Numbered from the stretch's first letter, positions 1 to 11,740 are shown. The stretch: DNA of 38,586 bases from Nemertoderma westbladi (GCA_032718475.1 JAUCBJ010007933.1:1-38586), one strand, 5' to 3'. A program made the numbers and translations. The notes: generated by a model from the letters alone, not told the origin.

Positions 1-2
1 AA

Positions 3-1565
3 CCCTATTAAACCCGGGGGGGGGGGGGGGGGTCAATATGACCCCCCCCGTGGTTTTTTTATTATAATTCTGAAACAAACACAGTTGGGAATCTGAAATT
101 TTATGACTTTTCCTAAAAATCTATTGTCTTCCTAGTAGTGAAAACCGTTTTCAAAAATATTGGGTACTTTTCGAGTTATAGCACCATTTTTTAACCCTAC
201 TTTTGGCACTTTTTTTGAGACGTTTTTTGAAAATTACATTTCATTAAATATGAATTGTAACATCTCTATTTTTGATTTACACCGGTTTTTTGGTGTTAGA
301 AATTTGATGGAATTCATATAAATTGATTTAGAAATTTCAAACTTGTTTTTTTCGGTGGGTGCCAAATTTTGGTGCCAGCACCAAATTTTGAATTATGTCA
401 ATTTTGTAAATTGATTGTTTGAAACTTGTTTTTTACGCAATTGGGGTTTTTTGGGGTTCTGGATTCGATGAAATATATACGAGTTGCACCAAGCGTATCA
501 AACTTGTATTTTTCGGTGCTGTGTGCAAATTTTGGTGCTAGCACGAAATTTTGAAAATGCCTTCGATAGATAAAATTGCTTGTGACAATTTATTTCTTGC
601 GTTTTAGAGGTTTATGGCTGTTCTGAATTCAATGGAATAAATAATTATCGAACTAGACATCTCAAACTTGTATTTTTCGGATGTGGGTGCAAAATGTGGT
701 GCTAGCACCAAATTTTGAAAACCATCAAATATATCAATTGATTGTGTCGACTTGTTTCTTGCGTTATACGGGTTTGTGATGGTTCTGAATTCAATGGAAT
801 CAGTAAAAATTTCATAAGAGTTCTCAAACTGGTATTTTTCGCCAGTGGGTGAAAATTGTTGTGCCAGCACCAAATTTTGGAAAATATGCAAATTTATCAG
901 TAGATAGTATCACCTTGTTTCTTGCGTTATACGGGTTTATGAGGGTCCTGAATCCGATGGAATCCATAAAAACAGCACTGGACATCGCAAACTTGTACTT
1001 TTTGGTGATGGGTACGAAATTTGGTGCTAGCACCATAATTTTCCAAATTACGCCGAAAAATACAAGTATCAATGATCTGGCATATTAGAAATGTATTCCA
1101 TTAGAATCAGCGCAATCGAAAACCTGAAAATGTGAATTTATAGCATCGTATAAGTGAATTAAAAATTTTGTGTTCTACCTGAAAAGTGCTGGTTACTTGT
1201 TTTTTTTCATTTTTTTCCTACGCAGAGAGGACTAAACGGCCATTTATAGTAATCATATCATTTTTAAATATTTTCCAATGTTTTTTGCACCCCAGAAAAC
1301 CTGTATTGAAAAATAATTAGCCGAAAATGTAACTTTCAAATTTTGTGAAAATTGTGCACTACTTGTAATTTTGGTGCTGCAATATAACCACCCCAGTACA
1401 TTTTTTCGAAAATTTTTTTTTTCGGTCGGATCCAGACAAGTGATACCTACGTACAAACAAAAAATCAGACGTTTTCGTAAATATTTGTAGATTTTAGAGG
1501 GGGGGGGGTCAATATGACCCCCTCCCGGTATTTGTACAGCATTTTATAGCCCGGTACTAATAGGG
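3..1565. mobile_element. Non-autonomous TIR DNA transposon, piggyBac-like (TTAA|CCC...GGG|TTAA)
   Basis: Left end (aa)CCCTATTAaacCCGGG matches the reverse complement of the right end CCCGGtacTAATAGGG|TTAA (TTAA at 1566-1569; left TT lies outside the window). The subterminal palindrome GGGGGGTCAATATGACCCCC occurs at both ends (~25-48, ~1499-1522). No transposase ORF. Confidence 0.8.
280..1045. repeat. ~163-bp tandem repeat, about 5 diverged copies, inside the TIR element
   Basis: The palindromic core (T)GGTGC(T/C)AGCAC(C) recurs at 371, 534, 698, 860 and 1023. CAAACT(T/G)GT(A/T)-TTTT precedes each copy. Confidence 0.85.
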
Positions 1566-3031
1566 TTAATATGTGTTAATAATAATATAACCGTTGCACT
1601 TATTGTTAGCGCATTTGATAAAATATGTTCTTTCACTCTCAATTTTCATATATTGTGACTTCTATCTGTTACTTAATTATCCATGCAAAAATGAAGGCTA
1701 AATGTCCGGTCTGATACAATGAACGGAATTGCGCTAGTGTACCTGTCACCGAGGGCCGCTCACGGTATCTGTTTATTTACCCTTTCTCCCTTCGATGTAT
1801 TGATTTGCTCTATATTTCATTTAGTTCGGTACGGTATTTGATTATCTATTGTATTTAACTGAGATATGATACCTGGAGGGTGTGGCAACACAGTATAACA
1901 AGCAAATGACTGACTAATTAATTATGTAAGGACTCAAGTCTGGTGATTGTGTTTCCCTTTAGGGGAAACGTATTGTGACAAGTCTTTGGTCTAATTATAT
2001 TGATATCACTACAGTATTCAATTTGTGACAACTCTCAATTGTGATGTAATTAATAATAAGAGCTTTGCTTATATTCATGGTCTGAAATATCGCCATATAT
2101 TAATTATTTAGTAAGTTAAAGAAATGACAACACACAAATCTGATACAATTGCCCAGATTATCACTGATACTTAATTAATTACAGCAACCCACCTGTTGTG
2201 GCGCGTGTAAAACTTCCTTGATTCTGTAATATCGGCGAGATATTTAGCAAATAAGAATGACAAATTGAATTTACCAGTAGAATATACAATATAGCGATAA
2301 ATAATTATAATTCAATTATTAACTCTTTAAGTTTAGACCTTAGGCCTGTAATAACCACCAGTCAATTAAACCTGACCGGGGATCAGTGCCTCTGCATGGG
2401 CAATACGACTTCTGTTCAACAATAACAAAAAGAGTGAATCAATCACAGAACCAATCGTACTTATATATCAGCCCATCAGTAAGGAGCACAACCAATAAGG
2501 TGGATCCCCATACAAGCCCTACACGAACCTTAATACAAGTTGGATATGCAGATAATGGCACTAGATGGCGCCAAAACCCTCAACAAAGAATTATTCAACA
2601 GAAATAGCCAATATTATATCGTAACCGATTTTATCAATATAAAATGGTGTTTTGAGCTTCAAATTAGTAAAATAAGTAATCTAAAAGCTAAGTTCACACG
2701 TGCAGCAACACTTATTGATTACTGATTCAGTTGGTTCCAATACAGTTGTGAGACCGGAACAGTTTTAACCGTCGTCACTACCGTGCTATTATATTCTGAC
2801 TGTGCTATTATTATCTTCTGTGATTATAACGGCTGACAGTAAAACCTCAGTTACTTGAACGGCCTTCGGCCTATATATATCCAGACTACAAGTTCAGCAG
2901 CCTACGGACGCGGCGATGCGTATAACATACACCGGTCAGGATCTATACTGCCAACTCCAAGGTCCCGTCACACACATTATTAGAAAAATTACAAGTCACT
3001 TCTATTTTAATAATGTATAATCTATACCATT

Positions 3032-3240
3032 TTAAATTAAACATTTTTGTTGGTCACTAAAATGACTGGGGGTTGAAGTAGTCGGGATCAAAGTAGTCGA
3101 AACAGGGTTTTCACAGTTTCCCGTAGACAAAGGGGTACAGCTTCCACAAGGACGCTTCGATCGAACGCAGCCGCATCGGCTAGTTGGGGCACATGAGCGC
3201 ACCCCACAGTTACAACAGCGTTGGGACCCTTGCTGCATCT
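3032..3240 (-). CDS. Cys-rich CXC (tesmin/TSO1-like) coding segment; either a host exon or a transposon remnant
   Basis: ORF CCNCGVRSCAPTSRCGCVRSKRPCGSCTPLSTGNCENP is preceded by the acceptor-like ttgttAG (3241-3242) in phase 1. Confidence 0.4.
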
Positions 3241-3369
3241 CTAACAACTAATTCAATCGAGAAATAAAGCGAGTAATACAATATAATAATACGTTGGCGC
3301 CAGACAGTCTGGCAGTGTCAAACAGGTTATAACTTATATTACCGTACCAACTACTGAAGGGTGAGGGAA

Positions 3370-3485
3370 AATATAATTATAATATTTCATTATATTTATT
3401 TAATATATTTATTTATATATATTTATTATATTTATATTATATATATATATTATATTAATATTTTATTAATTAATTAATTAATTAT
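3370..3485. repeat. AT-rich low-complexity tract
   Basis: Almost only A/T, with (TA)n and TTAA runs. Confidence 0.7.
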
Positions 3486-4154
3486 CGCACTTGGGTACTA
3501 TGTTGCTTGGATTTATTACTGGTAACATTGATTTAAGCGATTAATTAAAGATGATTTAAAGATTTACAGCGATTAATTAATAAGTATTATAATAATACAT
3601 TACTAATTTATAATTATACTATTTTTACATATGAGGACTCCTGCAATTTTTTGTATCTATTGTTTGTTTCATCAGTCTGGCTGTTTGTCGGTCTGTCTTT
3701 CCACATTTGATACCAAAAACTTACAAATCAAGGAGTAAAAATGTAAAAATATTCCTGAGATATTTTACGCCTTTAATCCCACTCGCGTAAAATTAATATC
3801 TGAAATCTAGTTTGTCTGTCTTTCATTCTAATTTACTGTCTAACAGTGTCCGTCAAAATATAAGAATAGTGCAATCCATCTAGTTGAAAGTTTATCTATA
3901 AAGTTTTCCTGGTCATATAATTCATTTCGAGTGATTCACTTTTTCGTTTATCTGCTTGGCTGTCAGGATGTCGGATATATTTTGACGGACAGACTGACAG
4001 GAATACCTACAGAAATAACGTCGCCAAATTTAGAATACAAGGTTGGAAATAAAGTTCGACCAATAAAACCCATAAAGAAATTTTTTTAGCCCCCAAAACT
4101 GCACAAGAACATGAAACAAATCATGAAAAATAAGTGTTATAATATTCCTCTAAC

Positions 4155-4286
4155 CTTTACAGGAACCATCGCCTCCATCAAGATCGTAACCCTCAGCACA
4201 GCTGCTGTCAGAAACCAGTCCTCTTGTTATCTTACAGTCGTATTCTATACCGGTTGGGCAAACAAGGCAGGGATCCTGCACTGGGC
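4155..4286 (-). CDS. Host exon encoding an EGF-like Cys module
   Basis: Bounded by ttacacAG|...|GTtaga; 132 nt, phase 1-1. Translates CPVQDPCLVCPTGIEYDCKITRGLVSDSSCAEGYDLDGGDGSCK, including the EGF-like C-terminal motif C-x-EGY-x-L-x(3)-DG-S-C. Not in the ORF track. Confidence 0.75.
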
Positions 4287-4381
4287 CTGTGTAATAAAAT
4301 ATCTAATTTATCAATATTTATTGAATCTAATTATTATGAGAACATTTGATATAAAAGAAATAATTTGTAAAACCAACTTAC

Positions 4382-4666
4382 ATTGAAATTCGATATTGTC
4401 CACCTTGTCAAAGAATGCAACATTATCCCCATATGTATCAATGATGTTGCTTAGATTTGTGTCAGAATGATTTGGATTTTCGAACAGACACAATTTGGCT
4501 GTCAGATCTTCATCATCCCAGGCCCACACAACAGCTGTGCATTGTCCAGAAGTCCCACATCCTGTCATGCATTGTGTATAATTGCGGATGTCGTTCTGTT
4601 TCTTTAGGGAAACATCTCCGAGGAAGTTGGTGTGACATGGTGTGGTAAATGAACCAGCCCATGGTA
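4382..4666 (-). CDS. Host exon encoding a PAN/apple-like domain
   Basis: Bounded by ccttctAG|...|GTaagt; 285 nt, phase 1-1. VPWAGSFTTPCHTNFLGD...QCMTGCGTSGQCTAVVW...LCLFENP has PAN-like Cys spacing. Confidence 0.75.
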
Positions 4667-4988
4667 CTAGAAGGAAGTAGAAAATAATTATAATATTAAT
4701 ATCAATTGTAACATTCATTCATTATTAATTAAATTAGTATAATATATATCTTTTAACATTATATTTCGTATGAATTATTTTGTATATTTTGCAATAACAT
4801 TATTAATTGTTACCATAAAATAAAAATAATATTTTTTAGATTTGTTTAATTAATTATTTATCTTTCAACTATTTATTCAGGATGAAGATATATAGACTGT
4901 ACTGTAGATACATCATGTAAATATAGTACATCCGCTGGGACGCCAATATTTTATTTTTTTATATTCTTAATTAAATATTAAATTTAAC

Positions 4989-5098
4989 CTTTTTTCTTGC
5001 TGATCCATCGCCTCCCTAGAGTTTCCACATCCCAGTTGGCCATATCTGCCAGACAATCCTCTTCATATATTTTGCATCTGTCACTGAAGTTGAAAGAC
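4989..5098 (-). CDS. Host exon, likely the C-terminal half of a further PAN-like domain
   Basis: Bounded by tataccAG|...|GTtaaa; 110 nt, phase 2-1. Encodes SFNFSDRCKIYEEDCLADMANWDVETLGRRWISKKK and splices in frame to 4666. Confidence 0.7.
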
Positions 5099-5124
5099 CT
5101 GGTATAAATAACATTCTAGAAGTC

Positions 5125-5174
5125 CATGGATCATCACCCTGCAAAGTGCTACTTTACACACAAGTATGTAAATA
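5125..5174 (-). mobile_element. Terminal fragment of the same hairpin-ended repeat family as 30137-30700
   Basis: Its reverse complement TATTTACATACTTGTGTGTAAAGTAGCACTTTgCAGgGTGATGATCC matches 30136-30182. Confidence 0.7.
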
Positions 5175-6270
5175 GTTATTAATGTGATCTAATCGTAATT
5201 AGGTCATCAAATGCCCTCGTCACTTTATACCTCCCTCATTCCTTGGCATACTAGCTATTGCCTATTAGTTGGAACCAGTCCAATATTATCTCATCACTAC
5301 TAGGCAATTAATACTTAATACTATTTAAATCACTACTAGGTAATTACATCATAGGACTAGGCAAGGCAGGCAATACTAATGTAAAGTGACTAATAAGTCA
5401 GCTTGCTTATTATTTATCTCGCAAAATGATTGCCTGGAGTATTTAATCGTGATTCTTTAGAATCATTAGCTAAATAATTTCTTTGAGGTGTTAACACGAT
5501 AAATTAATATTTCAGTATCAATACTATCGGCATAAGGTAAGTTTTAATAATTTTTACAAATTGGATTGCATCGACACCTAAAAATATATTACTTTTAAAA
5601 CACAAATTTCCTGTTAATACCTCGGCCTTTCATTAATCCTCCATGCTCCTTTGGGTTGGGGTGGTGCAGATTAAGAGGGCGGTTGAAGCGAGGGAGGAGG
5701 GGCGAACTTTCCTCTCTTCTTTGATTTATTCTTATTGAATTTGGTTAAATTTCTTATTTATTTATTTAAATTTCTTAAGTACTGATTTTGGGATAGAATT
5801 GCTCAATTTTAATCTGTATCTGATAATTGTAGCCTCGTCCTGCGCGATGCGGCGATGGCCCCAGGAATGTGTACAAATGTTTGCGACTTTATAGTGCAAC
5901 GGAAACGTTGGTATCAGGGGGGGTGGGGTTACTTAGTGCTTCACAGTAAGGATATAAGTTTATCTTAGTAGTAGTATTTTTATTGACATTAATAATAAAA
6001 TACATATCATAAACAAAGTACAACACAATCACAAATAAAAAGCAAATAGGAAAATTATGGAACTACACAGTAAACCGTATTCAAAACATGTACATTATAA
6101 ATGAATATGTAAAATATATATATTTTTTTTTTTTTTTTTTTTTTTTATAGCTACACCCCGTGTCGGGGTAAAAGTTTTATTTAATAATTAATTGATAAAA
6201 TATAAATAAAAATAAAAATTAATATAACTCAATAAAAGTAAAGCATAATAGCGTATCCCAGTAATATATG

Positions 6271-9200
6271 TCACATCTTGGCCAGTTCGGATAGTGAAGG
6301 GCAGAGTTGACATGCTAAAGCGTGGTATCGGTCGGCGCAGGGCAGACTGCAATACCGGCAGATGCAGGAATCGGCAGGTTCGTGGAAACCTATCCCCGTC
6401 CCACACAGTCGCTGATGGAAGCCGTGGACTGTCGCCCTCGTGACTACATGTCGGTTTCGCTGTCCAGCTGTACGCCACGTGGATGACTGAAAAGCTGGGC
6501 CCCTGGTGTAACCTTTGTCGATAAAGTTCTGTTGGCGCTCGTCACGAAATTGTCTGTACTGTTGAAATACATCTGGGTTAAAAGCATTGGGATATTTCTG
6601 GATAATGTCGTCGGTACATGTAGATTCTCCCACTAAGTTTAATGCTAAAGTCGCTGATGATGACGTATGTATCCTGAGCAGCCGTTTGATAAAAGCGGCT
6701 TTACATTTGTCTATTTCTTTTAAATTTCGCAAGTTCAGAAAGGGACCAAATTCTTGTATACAGTATGTCATAATGGGAAGTATTTTACCGTGAAATATAT
6801 CATGCCAGACCTGACTGACATTAAGTGTAATTTAGTTAGACTCCCAATAATCTTGAAAATATTCAGTTTCTTCTCCGCAATATGTTGAGAAAAGGATAGT
6901 GAGGTCTGCAAAGTCAAGCCCAGATACTCGTATTCATTCACTATTTCTATCAATGAGTTACCAAAATAAAATTTGTCTGTGTTGGCTATGCGACCAGCTT
7001 TTCGAAATTTGACCATCTTAGATTTCTTCATGTTAACAATCATTCCATTTTTAGTACACCAATTATATAATACATCCAGTGCTCTTCTAATCAATTCAGG
7101 ATTCTCAGAGTAAATGACAAGGTCATCTGCGTAAAAAATAAACAATAGGTCATTGCCAATTTCTCTGAGACTATCTGCTAGGTCTACTAAGAATAAAATA
7201 AAACATGTTGGCGAGAAGCAGTCACCTTGGAGTATACCTCGCAGCTGCTGAATAAATCTAGAGAAACGTAGACCATCGAAGACGATAATATAATTCTGGA
7301 GCAGGTTCTTAATTAAATTGAAGAGTTTACCTTTTATTCCGAAGTTATATAACTTTATCAGTAATAGAGAGCGGTTGACCATGTCAAAGGCCTTTGTGAA
7401 GTCTACAAAAAGTACGTACATTTTGTTACCCGATCGACCCGAGATTGCAGAGAGTAGTTTAGAAACCGCCTGACGAGTTGACCTTCCTTTAGAGAAACCA
7501 AACTGTTCCGGAGGTATTTTTTCTTTTAGAAACTCGCGGACCCTCGAGTTTATGATTGATGTTAAGACTTTTAGCATAGTACATATGAGAGCAATGCCGC
7601 AGTAGTTGGATGGATCCGTTAACCCACCTCTGCCCTTGTAAAGCAACTTAATTATGCTGTTTTTCCAAGCCGAGGGTAATTTCCCAGCAGATAAACATAG
7701 ATTAAATAATGTGCACAGAGTTACAATTAATAAAATTCCCAGGTGCTTTAAGTGTTCGTAGTAGATCCTGTCTGGGCCACTGGCTTTTTTGTTAGGTGTT
7801 TCCTCGATAACGTTTCGAACTTCTGCATCCTTAAAATCTCTGTTGTACCATGCGTCTTTTGATAGTTCATTGTCATCCGGTTTTGGAGTATCTAGGGTTT
7901 GTGGGCCAAGCCCTGGAGACCCCAGCAACTCACTGAAATGTTTTTCGATGACATTGGCATCAATGGGCGCAACTCTATGACTGCTTGACTTATGCAGTAA
8001 CCATGGGTTCATATTTGAATCTTTAACTTTTTCACTCAGTTCAGTCTGTTCATAGCCCGCACGGTTAGATTTCACTAGATTATTATATCGTCGGCGTAAA
8101 CCCCAATAGACCAGTTGATTATCATGTCTACGTCTGAATACATCCATTAACTCTCCCTTTAGTTGCCTGCATTCACTGTCGAACCAAGGTTTGTGGTGGG
8201 AAAAGCGCTTTGTGGAAGACGTTGATTCGGTGATTGCCCTTGAGAGAGACATACAAGCGGCGTCTATGTCACCCTCTTCCAGATACTCCATGGTATTAGC
8301 AGTTTGTGCGTGTCCAACAAACTTTCCGTATGAAATGCGCCGAGAGTAATTCCGTTTAAAATCATTTGTAGTAGGGGTTGCTGATACTGAGTACTTGCAT
8401 GTTATAGTAACAGGCCAGTGTTTGCGCATTGATGTTGGCATGACTAGTGCCGGGTTTGTATAATTGGCTTGACTTTGGTTATTCATAATCGGCCTGACGA
8501 ACAGCAAATCTATTACACTGTCTCCCTGGGGTGAGTGATAAGTAATTTCGTTTTTGTCGGAGACGCATATCAGTCCAAAAGATTCCAGGCATCTAACTAG
8601 ACTGTCGCCACGGTTTCCCTTGTCTAGGCGGCAGTTAAAGTCACCGCCTATGAGAATAGATTTATCTGGGTCAAGCTTCGAGATTTCATTTGTGATCTGA
8701 AGGCATATTTCCTCCACTGGTTGGTTAGGCTGGAAATAAAACACCATATACTGTGACGTAGTTGTATTTATTGCAACATGATTACTTGATTGGTTAATTA
8801 GGTTAGGATTTAGCCAAGGTTTCACCAGTATGGCAAGGCCTCCGGAAGGACGCCCACTATTGGGTTTGACAGCTGGTTGCATATAAGCGTAGTAACCGGG
8901 AATCCTGTTAGACAAATCTGTTGATGTATATAACGTTTCGGTGCACAGCATCACATCAGCGTTGTTAGTAACTAATTCTGATGAGAAATGATCAGTTAAA
9001 TATTGTAAACCCTGGTTGATTATTGCATCCTCCAGTAGGGGGGGCTGCCACGCTGTGGGGGGCTGTAGGATCGCCTGGCGAGGTGGCAGACGCGCCATTG
9101 GGCGCGAGTTGGGCGCTGAATCCGGGGGGGGGGGGACCACGGCGGTGGGCGTGGGCACACGTTGGGGGTTGAGTCCGGGGGGGACCACGGCGGTGGGCGC

Positions 9201-9542
9201 ACGTAGGGCGCTGAGTCCCGTAGGGACCGCTGCGACGGGCGTGGGCACACATTGGGCGCTGAGTCCGGGAGTGACTGCGGCAGTGGGCGCACGTAGGGCG
9301 CTGAGTCCGGTAGGGACTGCTGCGACGGGCGTGGGCACACGTTGGGCGCTGAGTCTGGGAGGGACTGCGGGGGTGGGCACACGTTGGGAGCTGAGTCCGG
9401 GAGTGACTGCGGTGGTGGGCGCACGTAGGGCGCTGTGTCCGGTAGGGACCGCTGCGACGGGCGTGGGCACACGTTGGGCGCTGAGTCCGGGAGGGACTGC
9501 GGAGATGGGCACACGTTGGGCGTTGAGTCCGGGAGGGACCAC
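6271..9542 (-). pseudogene. LINE ORF2: repeat region, AP endonuclease, reverse transcriptase and C-terminal Cys/His domain; one frameshift at ~6770-6800
   Basis: APE motifs LCTET, GGDFNC, SVIDL, KHWP. RT motifs QFGF, FVDFTKAFD, QGDCFSP, FYADD, EYLG. The C-terminus HGFHQRLC...CICRYC...HALAC is in a shifted frame (6271-6771). Confidence 0.88.
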
Positions 9543-9575
9543 GATGGTGGGCGCTTGTTGGGGGCTGAGTTCTGT
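9095..9575 (-). repeat. GC-rich VNTR with 42- and 48-bp units (~9-10 copies) at the ORF1/ORF2 junction
   Basis: Encodes V(P/T)(P/T)GLSAQRVPTP(VA)A-type 14- and 16-aa units in the ORF2 frame. Confidence 0.9.
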
Positions 9576-9581
9576 TGCGAG

Positions 9582-10493
9582 TCAGTCTCGATGATCGACA
9601 GTATTTACTGCACCATTGGTGGTTCTTGTCATTGGTTGTTCTGGGCAATAATTCTGTTCTTGTCTGAAGTTCCTCGCATCAGAGCGGCGAGTGCTATCAC
9701 GCGGTCGTAGGCCAAATAATTCTCGCTCTGCATTGGTTAAGCGGTAATTCTTGATGGTGATTCCCGTTTCCCAGAGGTTGGGATCCATCAATGCCTCCCT
9801 GTTTTCCTGTGTGCAGATGAGGTGAAATGCTCGAGTTTCCGATCCTTGGTACACAGGTAACGGGATGATGTCATCATATGGAATCTGTTCACCTTGGAGG
9901 TAGTCGGCGATGTCTTTTCCAGACACTGCAGTGTCAACGCGCCCTATATGTATGTGTGCTTTTCTCTGGACGTGCGCAGGGCGCTCCGTGGTCGTAGAGC
10001 TAGGGGCAGCCTTTATTGGGCCACCAACCTTACTTCCTCGGGTAACCTGTCGTGGTCGGGAATTACTTTGCCGATCGAGGTTTGTGGAACTCTGCCGAAA
10101 GGCCGTATTAGCTTCCGGGTTAGAGGGGGCCTCACTAATTAGCCTGGCGTTCGGCGTGTCCGGGTTATCCCGGGAACTTCCGTTTCCCCGTCTCGTATTC
10201 CTCCTGACTTTGGTCCAGCTGTTTTCCATTTGTTCGGTTGGTGGTTGGCTTTTCCGATCACTGATTGCCTTGTCGTCTTTCAGGTGTCGAATTAGTTCGT
10301 TTTTAGAGTCTATCGATTCCTGCTTAGCCTCTGCTAATTTGTCCATCGCGCGGGTGTACATGCAGGATAGTTGTCGTAGGAGTTCTCCCACCTTTTTCTC
10401 CTGATCGTTTGTAACAGACTTTTTCGTCTTGAAAATTCCCACCAGATGTAATACATCTTGTTGCACATTTAAGAATGCTTCTGCCATAATCAA
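9582..10493 (-). CDS. LINE ORF1 protein (coiled coil plus C-terminal RRM-like domain)
   Basis: 303-aa ORF upstream of ORF2. HIHIGRVD...DIADYL...AFHL...LMDPNLWETGITIKNY resembles the ORF1 C-terminal domain of CR1/L2-group elements. Confidence 0.75.
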   Translation of the reverse strand: MIMAEAFLNVQQDVLHLVGIFKTKKSVTNDQEKKVGELLRQLSCMYTRAMDKLAEAKQESIDSKNELIRHLKDDKAISDRKSQPPTEQMENSWTKVRRNTRRGNGSSRDNPDTPNARLISEAPSNPEANTAFRQSSTNLDRQSNSRPRQVTRGSKVGGPIKAAPSSTTTERPAHVQRKAHIHIGRVDTAVSGKDIADYLQGEQIPYDDIIPLPVYQGSETRAFHLICTQENREALMDPNLWETGITIKNYRLTNAERELFGLRPRDSTRRSDARNFRQEQNYCPEQPMTRTTNGAVNTVDHRD

Positions 10494-11579
10494 GTAGCGA
10501 TTAAAATCAATGAATAGTGATAAAATCAGATAAAATCAAATCAATTTATTTGAGTTTACAGCAGTAGAGTCAAATTACAAAGTTGATACTTAGGCTTTTC
10601 AAAAAAAAACTTATTAAACTAGAACTTATTAAAAATTTAAAATACAACAATTAATTAGCTAGTAAATAAATGTTTTTTTTTAACCGTTTTAACCCAAATT
10701 CCAGAAATTCCAGCTTTATTCTCCGAATATGTAAAATATATGTAATATAATATATTATGTAATATAATATGATTTAAACTAAGCAACGATTGTTTGAAAA
10801 TATAATAATTAGTACAGTAACATTTTAATCGCCGAAGACCTGTATTACTTCGTGTATATATACCGTATGCACGCACATTAGACCCTAAGTTATTACTATT
10901 ACCATAGAACAATATACTCATATTATCAAAATCCAAACTTTCATATTTATTACGTAATTCTGTGGTTAAAGAAGCGCAAAAAAGTATAACCTGGCGTTCA
11001 TTTTATACAGAAATTTTGACACACTCACACACAACTATAGCGAATTGTGGATAGATTGAAACGAAAATGATCTACAATTATACATACAGTATACATACAG
11101 AATAAATTGCATAATCAGCCCATAGCCCCTATTTACTTACTTAAATCACAAGTATTAAGTGATTAAGTAGTATTATGTAGTATTATAGAACCGATAATGA
11201 GTTAGGTAATATGATTTGAAGAATTACACATGTCACATATTATAGAACCATTTAAAATAGTATAAAGAAATACGGTGCGTATAACAAAATTATCGGACAT
11301 TTTGATCCTCCTAAATAAGCTTTGAATATATTTAAAACGTAAATTAATGAAGCACGGAATGTTATTGCAACCAAAAAAAGATATACTGGAACCTAGTGTT
11401 GTTGTGTAGCAATGGCACCCCCCTTCCCATAATAACTCCTTATCCTCAGGCCCACCCCAGACCATCACGCTGCACTAGCATTGTAGCTATTTGCTTGTGG
11501 ACTGTGGTGGTTCTAGTTATTATATTTTGTGCATGTGTATTTCTAATTCATTGTATTGGCTTAAAGGATAATAAGGCAA

Positions 11580-11740
11580 ACCTCCAAGATTATAACATAT
11601 GTTTCAACTTCTACTCTACTATTAAGAGGAATGCAGCTTCAAAAATCATGCAAGTCAATATTGGAACAAGCTGGATAGTGGATATACGAAAGTGAGTCTC
11701 AAATAATTAGGAGCTTCAACAACACTTTAACAAAGATGAT
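11580..11740 (+). pseudogene. Older BEL/Pao pol relic, left part (end of RT)
   Basis: AASKIMQ...DIRK*VSNN*ELQQHFNKDD resembles the Pao 'NLRKWxSN' motif. It continues after the younger element at 27216. Confidence 0.55.

Larger units (their letters stand above)
6120..10724 (-). mobile_element. Full-length non-LTR retrotransposon (L2/CR1/Daphne-like group)
   Basis: Carries ORF1 and an APE-RT ORF2. Poly(A) tail is seen as T24 at 6123-6146, with AATAAA upstream on the minus strand. 17-bp TSD GAATATGTAAAATATAT at 6103-6119 and 10725-10741. Confidence 0.92.

Noticed and set aside
280-1045. CRISPR-like spacing of palindromic cores
   Set aside because: The inter-core sequences are homologous to each other, the context is eukaryotic, and there are no cas genes.
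604-1456. Short ORFs within the first element
   Set aside because: They are by-products of the 163-bp repeat and show no transposase motifs.
2372-2411. Possible small minus exon KSYCPCRGTDPRS
   Set aside because: Phase 0 start does not fit the phase-1 EGF exon, and it is too short to support.
1974-2972. Possible solo LTR (TGTGAC...GTCACA with imperfect terminal IR)
   Set aside because: No matching TSD and no second copy in the window.
4667-4718. Apparent signal peptide at the start of ORF 4311..4718
   Set aside because: The hydrophobic stretch is the T-rich polypyrimidine tract of the intron before the acceptor at 4667-4668.
11396-11695. 99-aa ORF with a TM-like stretch
   Set aside because: No ATG start; the 3' part is a Pao relic, and the hydrophobic part has no other support.
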